From Azolla caroliniana (taxonomy: Eukaryota > Plantae > Polypodiophyta), in NCBI GenBank assembly GCA_043228905.1, contig JBHGNT010000015.1, forward strand, positions 10,044,001 through 10,108,000: a stretch of 64,000 bases of DNA, in the 5' to 3' direction. Position 1 is the stretch's first letter. Each line of letters opens with the position of its first letter. Made by a program: the position numbers and the translations under genes. Under the pieces are notes generated by a model, which did not search any database, was not told the origin of the DNA, and worked only from the letters and a program-made list of their open reading frames with translations. Positions 13,305 to 24,666 of this stretch are shown piece after piece.

Positions 13305-13886
13305 TCAATAACGATGGAGAAAGTAGAGGGAGTGGTGGTAGAGGTTTGGGTTGATCATGGAGATGACAACATAGCCATATGCGCCTCGGAAGGAGCCGCT
13401 CCCACCGACGATAGCAATCTCGTTGGTGGAAAGATTGATGAGGCCTTGAAAGCTGAGGGTGCCATTGATGCCGGCACCATCGTCATACGACACCACCTCC
13501 ACTTCCACCTCGTGACTTGTGGCAGTGTAGCTCGTCTGAACAGTATAGCCACGCACGTGACCCAGGGACTTGGAGGAATTGGAGGCAGCCTCAGTTATGT
13601 TGAAGTCGAAGACCTCCACGGTGCCGAAGTTGTAGGTGGTGCTACTGTTTAGGGGTGGTGCCACAACGCCAGTGTACGGTGCTCCCACCACCACTTGCAC
13701 GTAATATTCCAGGGATGCGTTGCTACATCCAGTGCCGCCGCTGCCCACATTCCCGGCTACATACGGCTGGTATAAGTGGCCAGCACCAAGCACTGGCTGC
13801 TGTGACATAGCAAGTACGACTGCCGTGGCACATAACACCAACACCTCAATTGGGAACCCAAACCACATCTCTCCATGCCGCCCCAT
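13305..13886 (-). CDS. Dirigent-domain protein, secreted, intronless, 193 aa
   Basis: N-terminal hydrophobic signal peptide; motifs FGTVEVFD, LGHVRG, NGTLSFQG and EIAIVGGSGSFRGAYGY; several N-x-S/T sequons; intact GC-rich ORF in AT-rich flanks. Confidence 0.88.
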   Translation of the reverse strand: MGRHGEMWFGFPIEVLVLCATAVVLAMSQQPVLGAGHLYQPYVAGNVGSGGTGCSNASLEYYVQVVVGAPYTGVVAPPLNSSTTYNFGTVEVFDFNITEAASNSSKSLGHVRGYTVQTSYTATSHEVEVEVVSYDDGAGINGTLSFQGLINLSTNEIAIVGGSGSFRGAYGYVVISMINPNLYHHSLYFLHRY

Positions 13887-13898
13887 ACTTACTCTTCA

Positions 13899-13929
<31 letters not shown>

Positions 13930-14008
13930 AGTGTGCCAAGTATATATGTAAGTGTATCGTTCTATAACAAAACAAGGTATGCCTTCTGTTGGGGGCGGCG
14001 CGGACTAT

Positions 14009-14010
<2 letters not shown>

Positions 14011-14052
<42 letters not shown>
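14011..14052. repeat. (GAT)14 microsatellite in the probable 5' UTR of the dirigent gene
   Basis: Direct read. An (ATCT)n/(AT)n tract also lies at ~13900-13930. Confidence 0.95.
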
Positions 14053-14053
<1 letters not shown>

Positions 14054-14092
14054 TATGGAAGTGGTGGTGGTAGTAGTGAGTGGGATGGGCCG

Positions 14093-14100
14093 TTTTTATA
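14093..14100 (-). promoter_or_regulatory. Putative TATA box of the dirigent gene
   Basis: GCGGCTATAAAAA on the minus strand, ~210 bp upstream of the ATG. Confidence 0.55.
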
Positions 14101-17100
14101 GCCGCGGGATGCTTTTCTGTTTGCTTATTGCGCTCGTGTGTTTCCGCAGGACATAATTGTGGTGGATATTTAGGATTGAATGATCATGAGACTGCGGTAA
14201 AGAATCGATCACTATAAGAAGCTAAATTTCTAGAATGTGTTGGTTGATCAAAGTCCACTCCCCACTTGTTATGCGTGACGCGCGCATATCAGTAGTTGCC
14301 ATCAATATAAACATTAATATAATAGATAATTGGATCAGTGACTTTTGTAACCCTTCCCTTACATCCAGTGATTCGTTGCTCACAAAGTACTCTATTCCAA
14401 AGTGCCACCCACAGTTTAGAAGCACTAATCAGCATTCATGGGATTGGTTCAAATGTCTTTCTGAATAATATTATTGTATGAAATTCATTAAATATGATCT
14501 CATGTCCCAAGTCATTCTCGCAATACGAATCACTACATTAAAAACAAATGACTTTCTTATGTAACCTCTAGAAGATGGTATTATTCAATACAAGGTATAC
14601 AATTTTGAGCTATCTAGTTCTCTTTATGTGTGTGCATGTCACATGACATTGTATTTGTACATGTATGAAAATGAATACAACGAGATTGGTCCTAGTCTCT
14701 AGACGAAGAGAAATTGTGTTAATGCGATTGTTGAAATAGTTTACAATATAGCCAATAGTGACAACAAGTATATGGATATGTATATGTGTGGCGTTGTGTG
14801 TGTGTGTGTATATAACAATGCATGACGATTTGCATTTGATTTCAATGTGCATCTGTTTGAAGTTCCGATGTAATTATGTACACATTGGCGGCGTCCCCCT
14901 TTTTGCTATAATGGGTCAAAAAGCGACACTTAAAGCATGCATCATTGAATGCATCGCACGACGACCCGTCCAAAGTTTATGCTAAGTTTCCATACTCAAA
15001 AGAATCGCTCATTGACATGCATAATAAACACTCAATGACATGCATAATAAAAACGTCGCATTGCGATGTCATCGAAGCATCACATAGTGACATGCCTATT
15101 AAAGGCATCGAATAGCGACACGTTTTCCAAAATTTCTAAAGAAAACATAACAAAAGGGGAATTCATAATCCCCCTTTTGAGATATCAATTGTTACTATCG
15201 CCCTTGAAGAAGAAGAACGGAGTGATAATGAACAATAGACCAACATCAAATGCCTCTCCACAACCATGCACAAAAACATAGTTAGGTTTAGGGTGAATTA
15301 ACCATAAAGCCACACACATAGGCTAAGATTCACATTCATACACATACATACTGAGGTTTATAGGTAGTTTGAGAATGGATTATCCATGAAGCCACACAAA
15401 ATTAGGAATCACATACACAACACACTAATTAACATAGCTTGAAATTAACAGACACATACATACACATATATTAAGATAGGTCGAAATTAACATTCATATA
15501 CATACACACTAGTTAACATAGGCTAAAATTAATATTCATTCATATATCTACACATACACAAACATACATACACTTACAGGTAACACATCCACACACAAAT
15601 AAAGATGGGCAGAAGACCCATTTGAATATTTGTAGACATATGCATTACTAGGCTGAAATTCATTTTTTTCCATTATTCTGTATAGTTATGTAGACATATT
15701 TTGTCTAGTTCACTAGATTTTTCACGAATTGCATTTCAATATTGGAGTCAACAAGGTATTACTCCAAAGTTTCTTTCTATGTTTTGGGGAAAGGAAAGAA
15801 TCACATCGAGCTTGCGTTGTTGTTGCATGACTGCACAAAATGGTTGTATCCTTTAATTGTGGTCAGTGTTATTTGCAAGAAGAATCACATAAACATTGTC
15901 TATGGGTCTTCCTTTAGGCACAATTCGTATGGAAGTTTGTACCAAACATCTTTGCAATTTACTTTCGTCAATCTATATTTACTTGTCCTCTTTTTGTTCC
16001 ATTATGATGTGAACTCTTTAGACCATGCTTTTAACACTGTTTCTGGAATAGTTCGTGTACTTCATTTCTAAGAAGAAGGAAGGAGATGTAGCCATTATGG
16101 GAGTTAATGAGTTGTACCACCATATGCTAGTTCTAGAAGTTAGGGTATCACTAGTTGAAATGTGTTGAGAATCAAGCTCAACCTAGTCTAATGTGTGAAA
16201 TGCCTTGAGAGTGTATGAACACTCAAAGTTAAAAAGTTAGCACTACTCTCTACACATTAACTATGTGTCATAGAATCATACTCTATGACACATAACCAAT
16301 GAGTTTCCACATTCCTCATGAACGATGAGCTTCAGTGGTTAATGAAGAGAGAGGGTGACTATATAAAGTACCCTCCTCCTACTTTGTAAAGTGTCGGTTA
16401 ATCTCCTTTGTAATATACATCTTCTTGAGTATTCCATTTTCCATTTCTATCTATATCGTGTCTCTCTCCTCTCCTCTTCTGAAACACACACATACACAAC
16501 ACACATCTCTAACCTATTCCGTTGCACAGAATCATACCATGATTCTTTACATGGTATCAGAGCGCTTTGGTAGCTCGATCTAGCCCATTCATGTGTGTCG
16601 TGTCCTACTCCGACGTTCAAGAATAACCGTCTCATCGCTATTGTAGTGTGACTACATAGCTCGTGTTTGAGAGAGAAGGAAAAGAAGAAGGAGATCTTCA
16701 TCGATATTGAATACTCAAATGGGAAGTGCTCTCCCTATTGAGAAGTTGGATAGAAACAACTTTGCAGCTTGGGAGTACAAGATGCAACAATATCGTGTCG
16801 GTCAAGGTTATTGGAGCTACATCAAAGGAGCACAAGAAAATAGACCCGACCTAAAGGACGCCGACTACTCAACATGGGAGCAAGCGGCGAGTTGAGTAAT
16901 GTATTGCTTGGCAACATGTGTTCATGACCACATGCTCGACGACATTCGAGAATCCATGATGCCAAAGCAAGCATGGGAGAATCTAAGGAAGATTTTCGCA
17001 ACCAACACAACCGCAAGAAAGCTTCAACTCCGCCAAGAGTTGAACAATGTCCAACAAAGGGACATGTCCATCACAAGCTACACCTTGAAGATCAAGGAGC

Positions 17101-18902
17101 TTTGTGATTCGCTCGGATCAATAAGCGTCAATGTGGATGATGACGAGATGGTGCAAATATGCCTCAGTGGCCTTGCACCATGGTTCGGCGACATGAGAAC
17201 CGTCGTTCTAGCAAGGGAGAATCCTCCATGTTTCTTCGATCTTCAATCAATGCTATTGATTGAAGAAAATCATGTTCGAACTAAGAGAAATTCCTCGGAA
17301 GGCCACATGCTCTACACACACTCGGATGGAGGAAGAGGACACCGCCGAGCAAGAAGAGGCCGATTCAATCAAGGACGAGCTCCAACCTATGAAAACAACT
17401 CCCATTACTGGGAAGATGTTCAGAAATTCAGAAGCAAGGGGAGTTTCCATGCCGGCCCAAGACGACAAAACTCAATTGAATGCAGATATTGCGGCAATAT
17501 GGTCTCTCACGAAGAAGAGTGTCGAAAGAAGAAGCGTGAGTCGGCTTCCACAAGCCGACAACTAACCAATTACGCCACCAACTCTGACTATGAAGACCAT
17601 GACAAAATTTTCGTGATGAGACATAGAGCAAATTCTATGTTGGCTTCAACTTCGACTAGTGTTGCGGGTCCGGAAGATGTATGGTTTGTCGACTCTAGTG
17701 CTTCGAACCATATGACGTCTCATCAAGAATGGTTCTGGGACGTATGAGAGTCGGATCGACCTTGGCTATGTCGAAACCAGACACAACACCACTCATCCAA
17801 TTTGGCATGTTGGAAATGTCCTATTCGGGAAAGAAGGTGAACAAACTTATATCAAAACTGTCTTGCATGTACCCACCATAACGAAGAATTTGGTCTCGGT
17901 CGACCAAATTGTGGAGCAAGGGATGCAAGTTCGATTCAACCAAGGTGGTTGCTTCATCGAGAAAGAAGGTCGACTAATCTCTCATGGTCGAAAGGAAGGT
18001 CAAATTTTTATCCTTGAGTTGAACGAGGTAAAATCAGTTATGTTTGCAAAGGGCCTCAAAGCCGACACCAACATAGAGCTATGGCATAAAAGAATCACCC
18101 ATATCAATCTCAACAAACTCAAGGCGATGCAACCGAAAAGAGTCGTCATTGGGCTCCCGACCTTCAAAGAGAATGAGATTGAAGGAGTATGTGAAGCATG
18201 CCAATTCGGCAAGCAACATCGGCACCCATTCCCGAAGGAGAGGAATGTAAGCAAAGGCCTTTTGGACGTTGTCCACTCGGATGTGTGGGGACTGGCACAA
18301 GCAGCCACATTCGGAGGAGTCGGTACTATGTTACCTTCATCGACGACTTTTGTACATACACATGGATCTTTCCGATGAGGATGAAGAGAGAAGTGTTTAC
18401 ACACTTCAAAAAATTCAAAAGCAAAGTCAAAAGGACAATTGGCCGCGATGTACGATATCCGTGATCAGACGGAGGAAATGAATACTTCTAAGATACATTC
18501 ACAGTATACCTTCGTCAAGAAGGAATTCAACAAGAATTCACTTGTCGAAACACACCACGACAAAACAGTGTAGCTAAACACAAGAATTGGCACATCCTCG
18601 AAGTAGCAAGGGCCATGCTAAACGAAAAACATATGCCCTAGTCATATTGGGTAGAAGCAGCAAATACTTCCGCCTACCTCATGAACCGGTGCACAACATC
18701 CAGAGTGCACGATCTAACCCCACACGAGAAATACTATGGAAAGAAGTCGGATCTATCCCATGTACGAATATTCGGCTCAATTGCATACGTGCACATTCCC
18801 AATGAGAAGTGGCAAATCCTTGACCCAAAATCATATAAATGCATCCTCATGGGGAACTCGCTAGAGCAAAAAGGGTACAAGTGGTATAATCCATCTACCT
18901 GT

Positions 18903-20007
18903 TGTCGTGTGATTCTCCACACACTATGTAAAAAAAAATGAAATAATTATTTTATATTAGCTTAATGGCTTGTTATAGAAAGATGGACGTATTGAAGAGC
19001 TTCTGAACACATTGTACTACACATGGAACAGATAACTTAGTATCAAGTTATGTGAGTGTGATGTTTGAGAAGAAGAGGAAAACAAAACTGTGAGATATCC
19101 CACATAGATAGGACAACATCAGGATCCCACAGTATATAACTAGAGCCAAAACTTATTATTTTGTATCTATGTGTTAGGAGCACGGAAGGAATGGTTGGAC
19201 TTGGGCTAAACTCTCCGAACAAATGGATGTGACTCAATTACTCCTAATGATCTTGGACAGAACGGAACATAACTGGAATCGGATCGGATAGATCGGATGG
19301 ATCATGCACGGGCCGAACTTTATTGATGATAGGATCATGTGGCCGAACTAAAGTAAACTAAAGTGAAGGTTATGTCAACGCATGCAACTAAAGTCAAACT
19401 TTATGTAAAGTAAAGGTCATGTGGATGCATGCAATTGAACTCAAGATGGAAACTGGAGTTCCTTCATGCAAGTGCAAGAAGGGAGGAGAAAAGTTATCTC
19501 TCGATAATCCATAGATCCTAATGTTCCTTAGGGGATCGAAGCCATTTTTTGGGAATAAACCCTAATTTTCTTATCGAAGCCATCTTTTGGAAATAACCAT
19601 AATTTTCTTATCGAAGCCATCTTTTGGGAATAAACCCTAATTTTCTTATCGAAGCCATCTTTTGGGGATAAACCCTAATTTTTCTTATCGAAGCCATCTT
19701 TTGGGAATAAACCCTAATTTTCTTATCGAAGCCATCTTTTGGGAATAAACCCTAATTTTCTTATCGAAGCCATCTTTTGGGAATAAACCCTAATTTTCTT
19801 ATCAAAGCCATATCTCACAAAGCCTAAACTTTTGTTATCCCAATCTTGGGATTGATTGTAATTTTTCTTTTCCTTTGGTAACGAAAAATATGAAAATTTC
19901 TAATTTTCGTTAATTCTTAATACATAACGCACAAATCTGATATCCTCTGGTTGAAGGCCTCGAGGTCCTACCTCAAGTTCATGTGTCCTTGTCATATTTT
20001 CGTGACA
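18903..20007 (+). mobile_element. Solo LTR (TGTCG family) in the Copia-1 integrase tail; TSD CTGT/CCGT
   Basis: TGTCGTG...CGTGACA termini. Excision joins YNPST to RQVGVSRDVVFDE. Confidence 0.9.
19540..19812 (+). repeat. ~7 x 39-bp tandem repeat containing the telo-box AAACCCTAA
   Basis: Unit TAAACCCTAATTTTCTTATCGAAGCCATCTTTTGGGAA, inside the solo LTR. Confidence 0.9.
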
Positions 20008-22540
20008 CCGTCAAGTTGGAGTGAGTCGGGACGTCGTTTTCGATGAGTCGATATCCTGTTACAAACTAGAGACGACTTCGACTCCAACCTCATTCGACCC
20101 GAACTTGGCCAACCAAGGGATAGAAAATGAAGATCAATTGAGGCATATGTTCGAAGAAAGTTTGATCATTACCAAGCTTAGTGGGCCACAAGAGCCCACG
20201 AGTGACCAAAGCACATCTCGACCAAGTTCGAAGATGGACAAAGGCAAGGCCAAAATTTCAGAATATGAAAATGATCAATTCATGGCAATGAATCGACTCA
20301 CTCAGTTGACACTCAGTTCGGTGGCTTTGATGTGCCTCTTATGAGGTCACCTGGAGTTCAGAAAACACTCACATCGGCAAATGAGAAACTCTGTCACTCC
20401 ACCCAAGAGAAGAATCTGGTTAGCCGATTTGGCTACAACGACTATATGGCATATCACTATGCCTTTATGATGAAGATGGCGATAGTCTGAGAACCAATTT
20501 TTTTTTCTGAAGCAGCTAAAGATCCACAATGGGTCGAATTGATGAACGAGGACATGCAAGCTCTTAGCAAGAATGTGACATCGGATCTCGTCCCCCACTC
20601 GCCTCACAAGAAGGCAATCGGTTTCAAATGGATTTACAAGGTGGAGTATAATGTCCACGACTCTATCAACCACTACAAAGCTCGACTTGTAGCGAAAGGA
20701 TACCCACAAACACATGCAATCGACTATGAAGAAACCTTTGCCCCGGTGGGAAAGATGCAACGGCGAAAGGGTGGCATCTCCACCAAATGTATGTCAAGAA
20801 TGCCTTTGTACAAGGCGAAGTAGAAGAGGATGTGTACATGGTACAACCACCAAGCTTCGAATCCAGCATCCATCTGAAAGCAGTATGCCAACTTAAGAAG
20901 CCTCTCTACGGCCTTAAGCAAGCACCATGTGCTTGGCACTCGAAGATAACACAATATCTTCATCGAATCGTCTTTTGAATGTCGAAATCTGACAACTCCC
21001 TCTTCGTACGAAACAACTCGAGAAGCCTGATTGTGATCATCCTATATGTGGATGATCTAGTCATTGGAGGCGAGCATCTAGTTGACATCAACAAGGTCAG
21101 GTCCTTCCTCTCCAACAAATTCGAGATGACAAACATGAAAGAGCTCCATTAGTTTCTTGGCATCCATGTAATTTGGACTCCAGCATGCATTATGATCTTT
21201 CAACGACACTACATCCTTAACTTGTTATACACGTTCCACTGAGTGTAAGTCTGTGGCAACCCCTCTCGATCAGAACCTAAAGCTAACTGCTGACTCCAAC
21301 ACAGAATAGTGTGAGCCGACTCAGTACCGACAACTGATCGAGAGCCTCATCTATCTCACGATCACTCGGCCCGACCCGAGCTATCTAGTCGGCCTCTTTA
21401 GCTAATTCATGCAAACTCCACGAGATATCCATTTGGATTGTGCAAAGGGAGTGCTACGATATGTGAGTCGAATGATGGACTATGCCATTCTCTATAAGTA
21501 GGCCACACCAATTCGACTGGAGGGGTACACAAATGTCGACTGGGCCGGCTACAGAGCCGAACGACGATCGACCTCTGGATTTATTTTCTTCTTCGGAACT
21601 GGAGCAATATCCTGGAGTAGCAAGAAGCAGCTGACTATTACACTTTCGAGCATAGAGGCTGAATACAAAGGCGGGACTGTGGCTGCATGTGAAGCCATAT
21701 GGCTCAAGAGGATTTTGAAGGATCTGGGCATTCCCATCAAGGATCTAACTCCCCTTTACTGCAACACCATGAGTAGTATTTATCTGGCTCGGAACCTGGT
21801 GTTCCATACGCACACGAAGCATATCGAGGTGCACTGCCACTTCATCTGAGAGCGCGCTGTCGTGAAGAAAACCGTCCACGAGCGGAATCGGTGCGCCGGA
21901 GCATAGGAACCGGCTCTTCATGCACGTACGCCTTACGTTGTACATAAGAGAGAGTTAGGGACATAGAGGATCCGAGGTAGGTAGATTCGGTAGGTAGGAA
22001 GTTAATAGGAAACGACTCCTTCCTTGCCTATAAAAGGAGGGAGACGAGAAGGGGGAAGGGGATGGCGGAGAGTCGAGGACGAAGTGTTGTCGGTTTGTGG
22101 GGTAGGCTTCTCTCTCTCTCTCTTTAAAACTCCATAGCTTCTTTCTGCGCAGGTTTCGGGAGGCTCGCGCTGCTCTGAGGAATGCCCGAGTGCTTCCGGC
22201 AGCACCTCCAACCTACTCTTTTCTTTCTGTGCATTTACGAACAGGCATTAGCATCTGTTCGCTGGCCTGTTCGGTTGTAACCGACTTCGTGTTCTTGTTG
22301 TCTGTCTTTGTTAGTACATACATACATTCGTGTCTCTTTGTGTCGCTGTCCCACTCGCGTCTTTGTGTCGAAGGGCCGTGTCCCTGTGAATCTACGCTCG
22401 CACGTAGTGGGTTCCCTTCTCCTTTCTCTCTTGCTCTTCGGTACAAGACCCCCGAGGTCCCGCCTCATTCCACGCATCCGCGAGGAAAACCTCGACATCT
22501 TGGTGAACTCGACGTGAAAGAGGCGGCAGAAGAGCAGAAG

Positions 22541-24666
22541 ATGAAAGGGTCGGATCTTGTGGAGGCCATGGCTTCGGCCGTGGATCGGATATTGAGCGCA
22601 CGCAAGGGCTCCGGCGCCCTCGACAGAGCCATTGAAGCGGTCGTCGGTACGATCGGCCGGTTCAGCGGAAAGGATGCCACGAAGTATTTGGCGTCCTACG
22701 GGGCAGAAATGCTGATGCGGGACATTTTGGAAGAGAGGCGCCTTGCCGGGTTCCCTCAAGTGGCGATGCCGAGCATCCATGCGGAGGTGCTCGAGGTACG
22801 GGCGGAGAGCCGTACCTGGGAGGAGTTCGAAGGCCGACTCCTAGAGAAATACGGGCTGGACGACGCGCTCCGGCTTTCGAAACGGGACTTCATGGAATGG
22901 GTGGAGTCCCCCAGCAAGGGAAGAAACGCGACGGCACTCCTCCGGGAGTTCGAAGAACGCTTTGCGCGCCTTTCAGCGCTTGACCGAACCGTTTTGGATA
23001 CGAGCCGAGTCCTACTGTTCATCAAGTCAGTGGACGAGCGGGACCGGGATCAAGTCGGCTCCTTGCTGGAAACCAAAGATGGGCTGACGACCGACTGGGC
23101 TGCGGTTAAGAGAGTCTGTGGCCGTTTCGACAAACGGCGAGAATGGGCTGACAACGGGGCGGTTGGCGCGGGCTCTGTCACAACAAGGAGGCTTGAACCG
23201 GCACCGCAAGGGCGAAGGGAAGAAACTCGGGAATGGCTCGAAACCGGTCCGGCTTCGACCGGCATGGTCAGTGGCTCGTCCAGAGGAGCAACGCTGAAGG
23301 AGTTGACGCGGGCGATAAAGGATCTCCAAATCGCCCGGACTCGAAGGGAAGGCGGCGAACCGGCTCGTGACCGACGACCGGTAGCAGGGAACAGGTGCAT
23401 GTGGTGCGACGAGGTCGGCCACATCCGGAAGGACTGCAGCGATTTCGCAGAAGCGTTGAGGAACCGGGTGGTGTACCTGTGTGAAGGCTGGGTGCACGCC
23501 GGCGACACCAGAAGGGACCTTAACCGAAACGACGGGCGAGGAGGAATGAAGAGACTGATGGAAGAGGTAGCGGCCCGACACGTAGAGGCCATCCACTACT
23601 CGGCGTCGGCCGGCATTCGGGTCGGGGGCAACGAGGCCCGAAAGGAGGGCAAAGACGGATTCTGGTCGGCAATGCTGGAAGGTCTTGCCGGCGCACGGCT
23701 AAGGAAAGATGAAACGGACCGCGCTGAGAGACGGGTCCGAGAAATAACCGGGTGGAGCGATCCGGTCGAAGAGAAGATGGGCTTCGTAGAAGCCGCCTGC
23801 CGGAACTACGAGGCTTTGGTAGAAGACAAGCGAGTGGGGAAAGTCGGAGCGGCCGGGCCCTCACAACGGTACGAGACCCGATTCGGGCAACGACGGAACG
23901 ATGTCGGTGGGTCCAGCTCGCAAGATAACCCCAGGAAGGGTGGATACCGGCTGGGGACAGAAATAGAAAGGACTACGGACCTACGAAAGGTCCTAGAAGA
24001 ACGGATCCTCGACAGCAAAGTGGAGCTGTCATTGCGAGAGGTGCAAGGGATCGCCAAGAAGGAGTTCCACGACTCCATTGTGGACCTGGTGAAACGGAAG
24101 AGGCTGTCGATGGAGACGGAACCGGAAAAACCAGTGGAGGTGCGGACGACGCACATCGACGACATGGCGCTGGAAGATGAGTGGGCGGAGAGCCACTATT
24201 CAAGGCCGCACTGGGCCCGAGCGACCACGGAGACCCCGGTAAAGATCGGAGATGTTCAGGAACCGGTGGTGGCTTTGGTGGACCACGGTTCGGAAATAAA
24301 CCTGATGTCCATGGACTTCTGTAAGAGGGAAAGTGGCCGATCAACACCAAGCACGGGTGGAAGATACGGGCGGCGACGCGCGCCACCGAGGAACTGCACG
24401 GGGCCTGCCCGAACGTGCGAGTCAAGATTGGCGACGTCGAGATTGACCAGCACTTCTTCATACAAGAGACGTCCTCGCACCCGGTCATATTAGGGGAACC
24501 ATACATCACGGCGGCGCGGATGGAGACCAAGGTGCTAGACAATGGTTCGGCCTACGCGAGGGTCAAAAGCCAGGATGGGCGCCATTGGGTCCAATTTTTG
24601 ACGGTGCGACCGAACCACGAGCGAAACCGCGAATCCCTCGGTGGCGAGAACCGGGAAGATTTTTAG
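22541..24666 (+). pseudogene. gag: gag-protease ORF1 (one frameshift near 24325)
   Basis: First ATG after the PBS; zinc knuckle CMWCDEVGHIRKDC; aspartic protease ALVDHGSEINLM...VILGEPY; ends REDF*. Confidence 0.85.

Larger units (their letters stand above)
16719..21857 (+). pseudogene. Copia-1 gag-PR-IN-RT-RH polyprotein, disrupted; last RNase H part resumes at 28934-29090
   Basis: CRYCGNMVSHEEEC, WFVDSSASNHMT, LWHKRITH, CEACQFGKQ, HSDVWG, YKARLVAKGY, YVDDL and RRSTSG motifs, with many stops and frameshifts. Confidence 0.9.

Noticed and set aside
14880-16100. CACTA-like subterminal motifs and AC-rich minisatellite
   Set aside because: No terminal CACTA/TAGTG pair, TSD or recognisable transposase motif.
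22190-22540. N-terminal extension of the 767-aa ORF
   Set aside because: It reads through LTR and PBS sequence from a GTG. The plausible start is the ATG at 22541.
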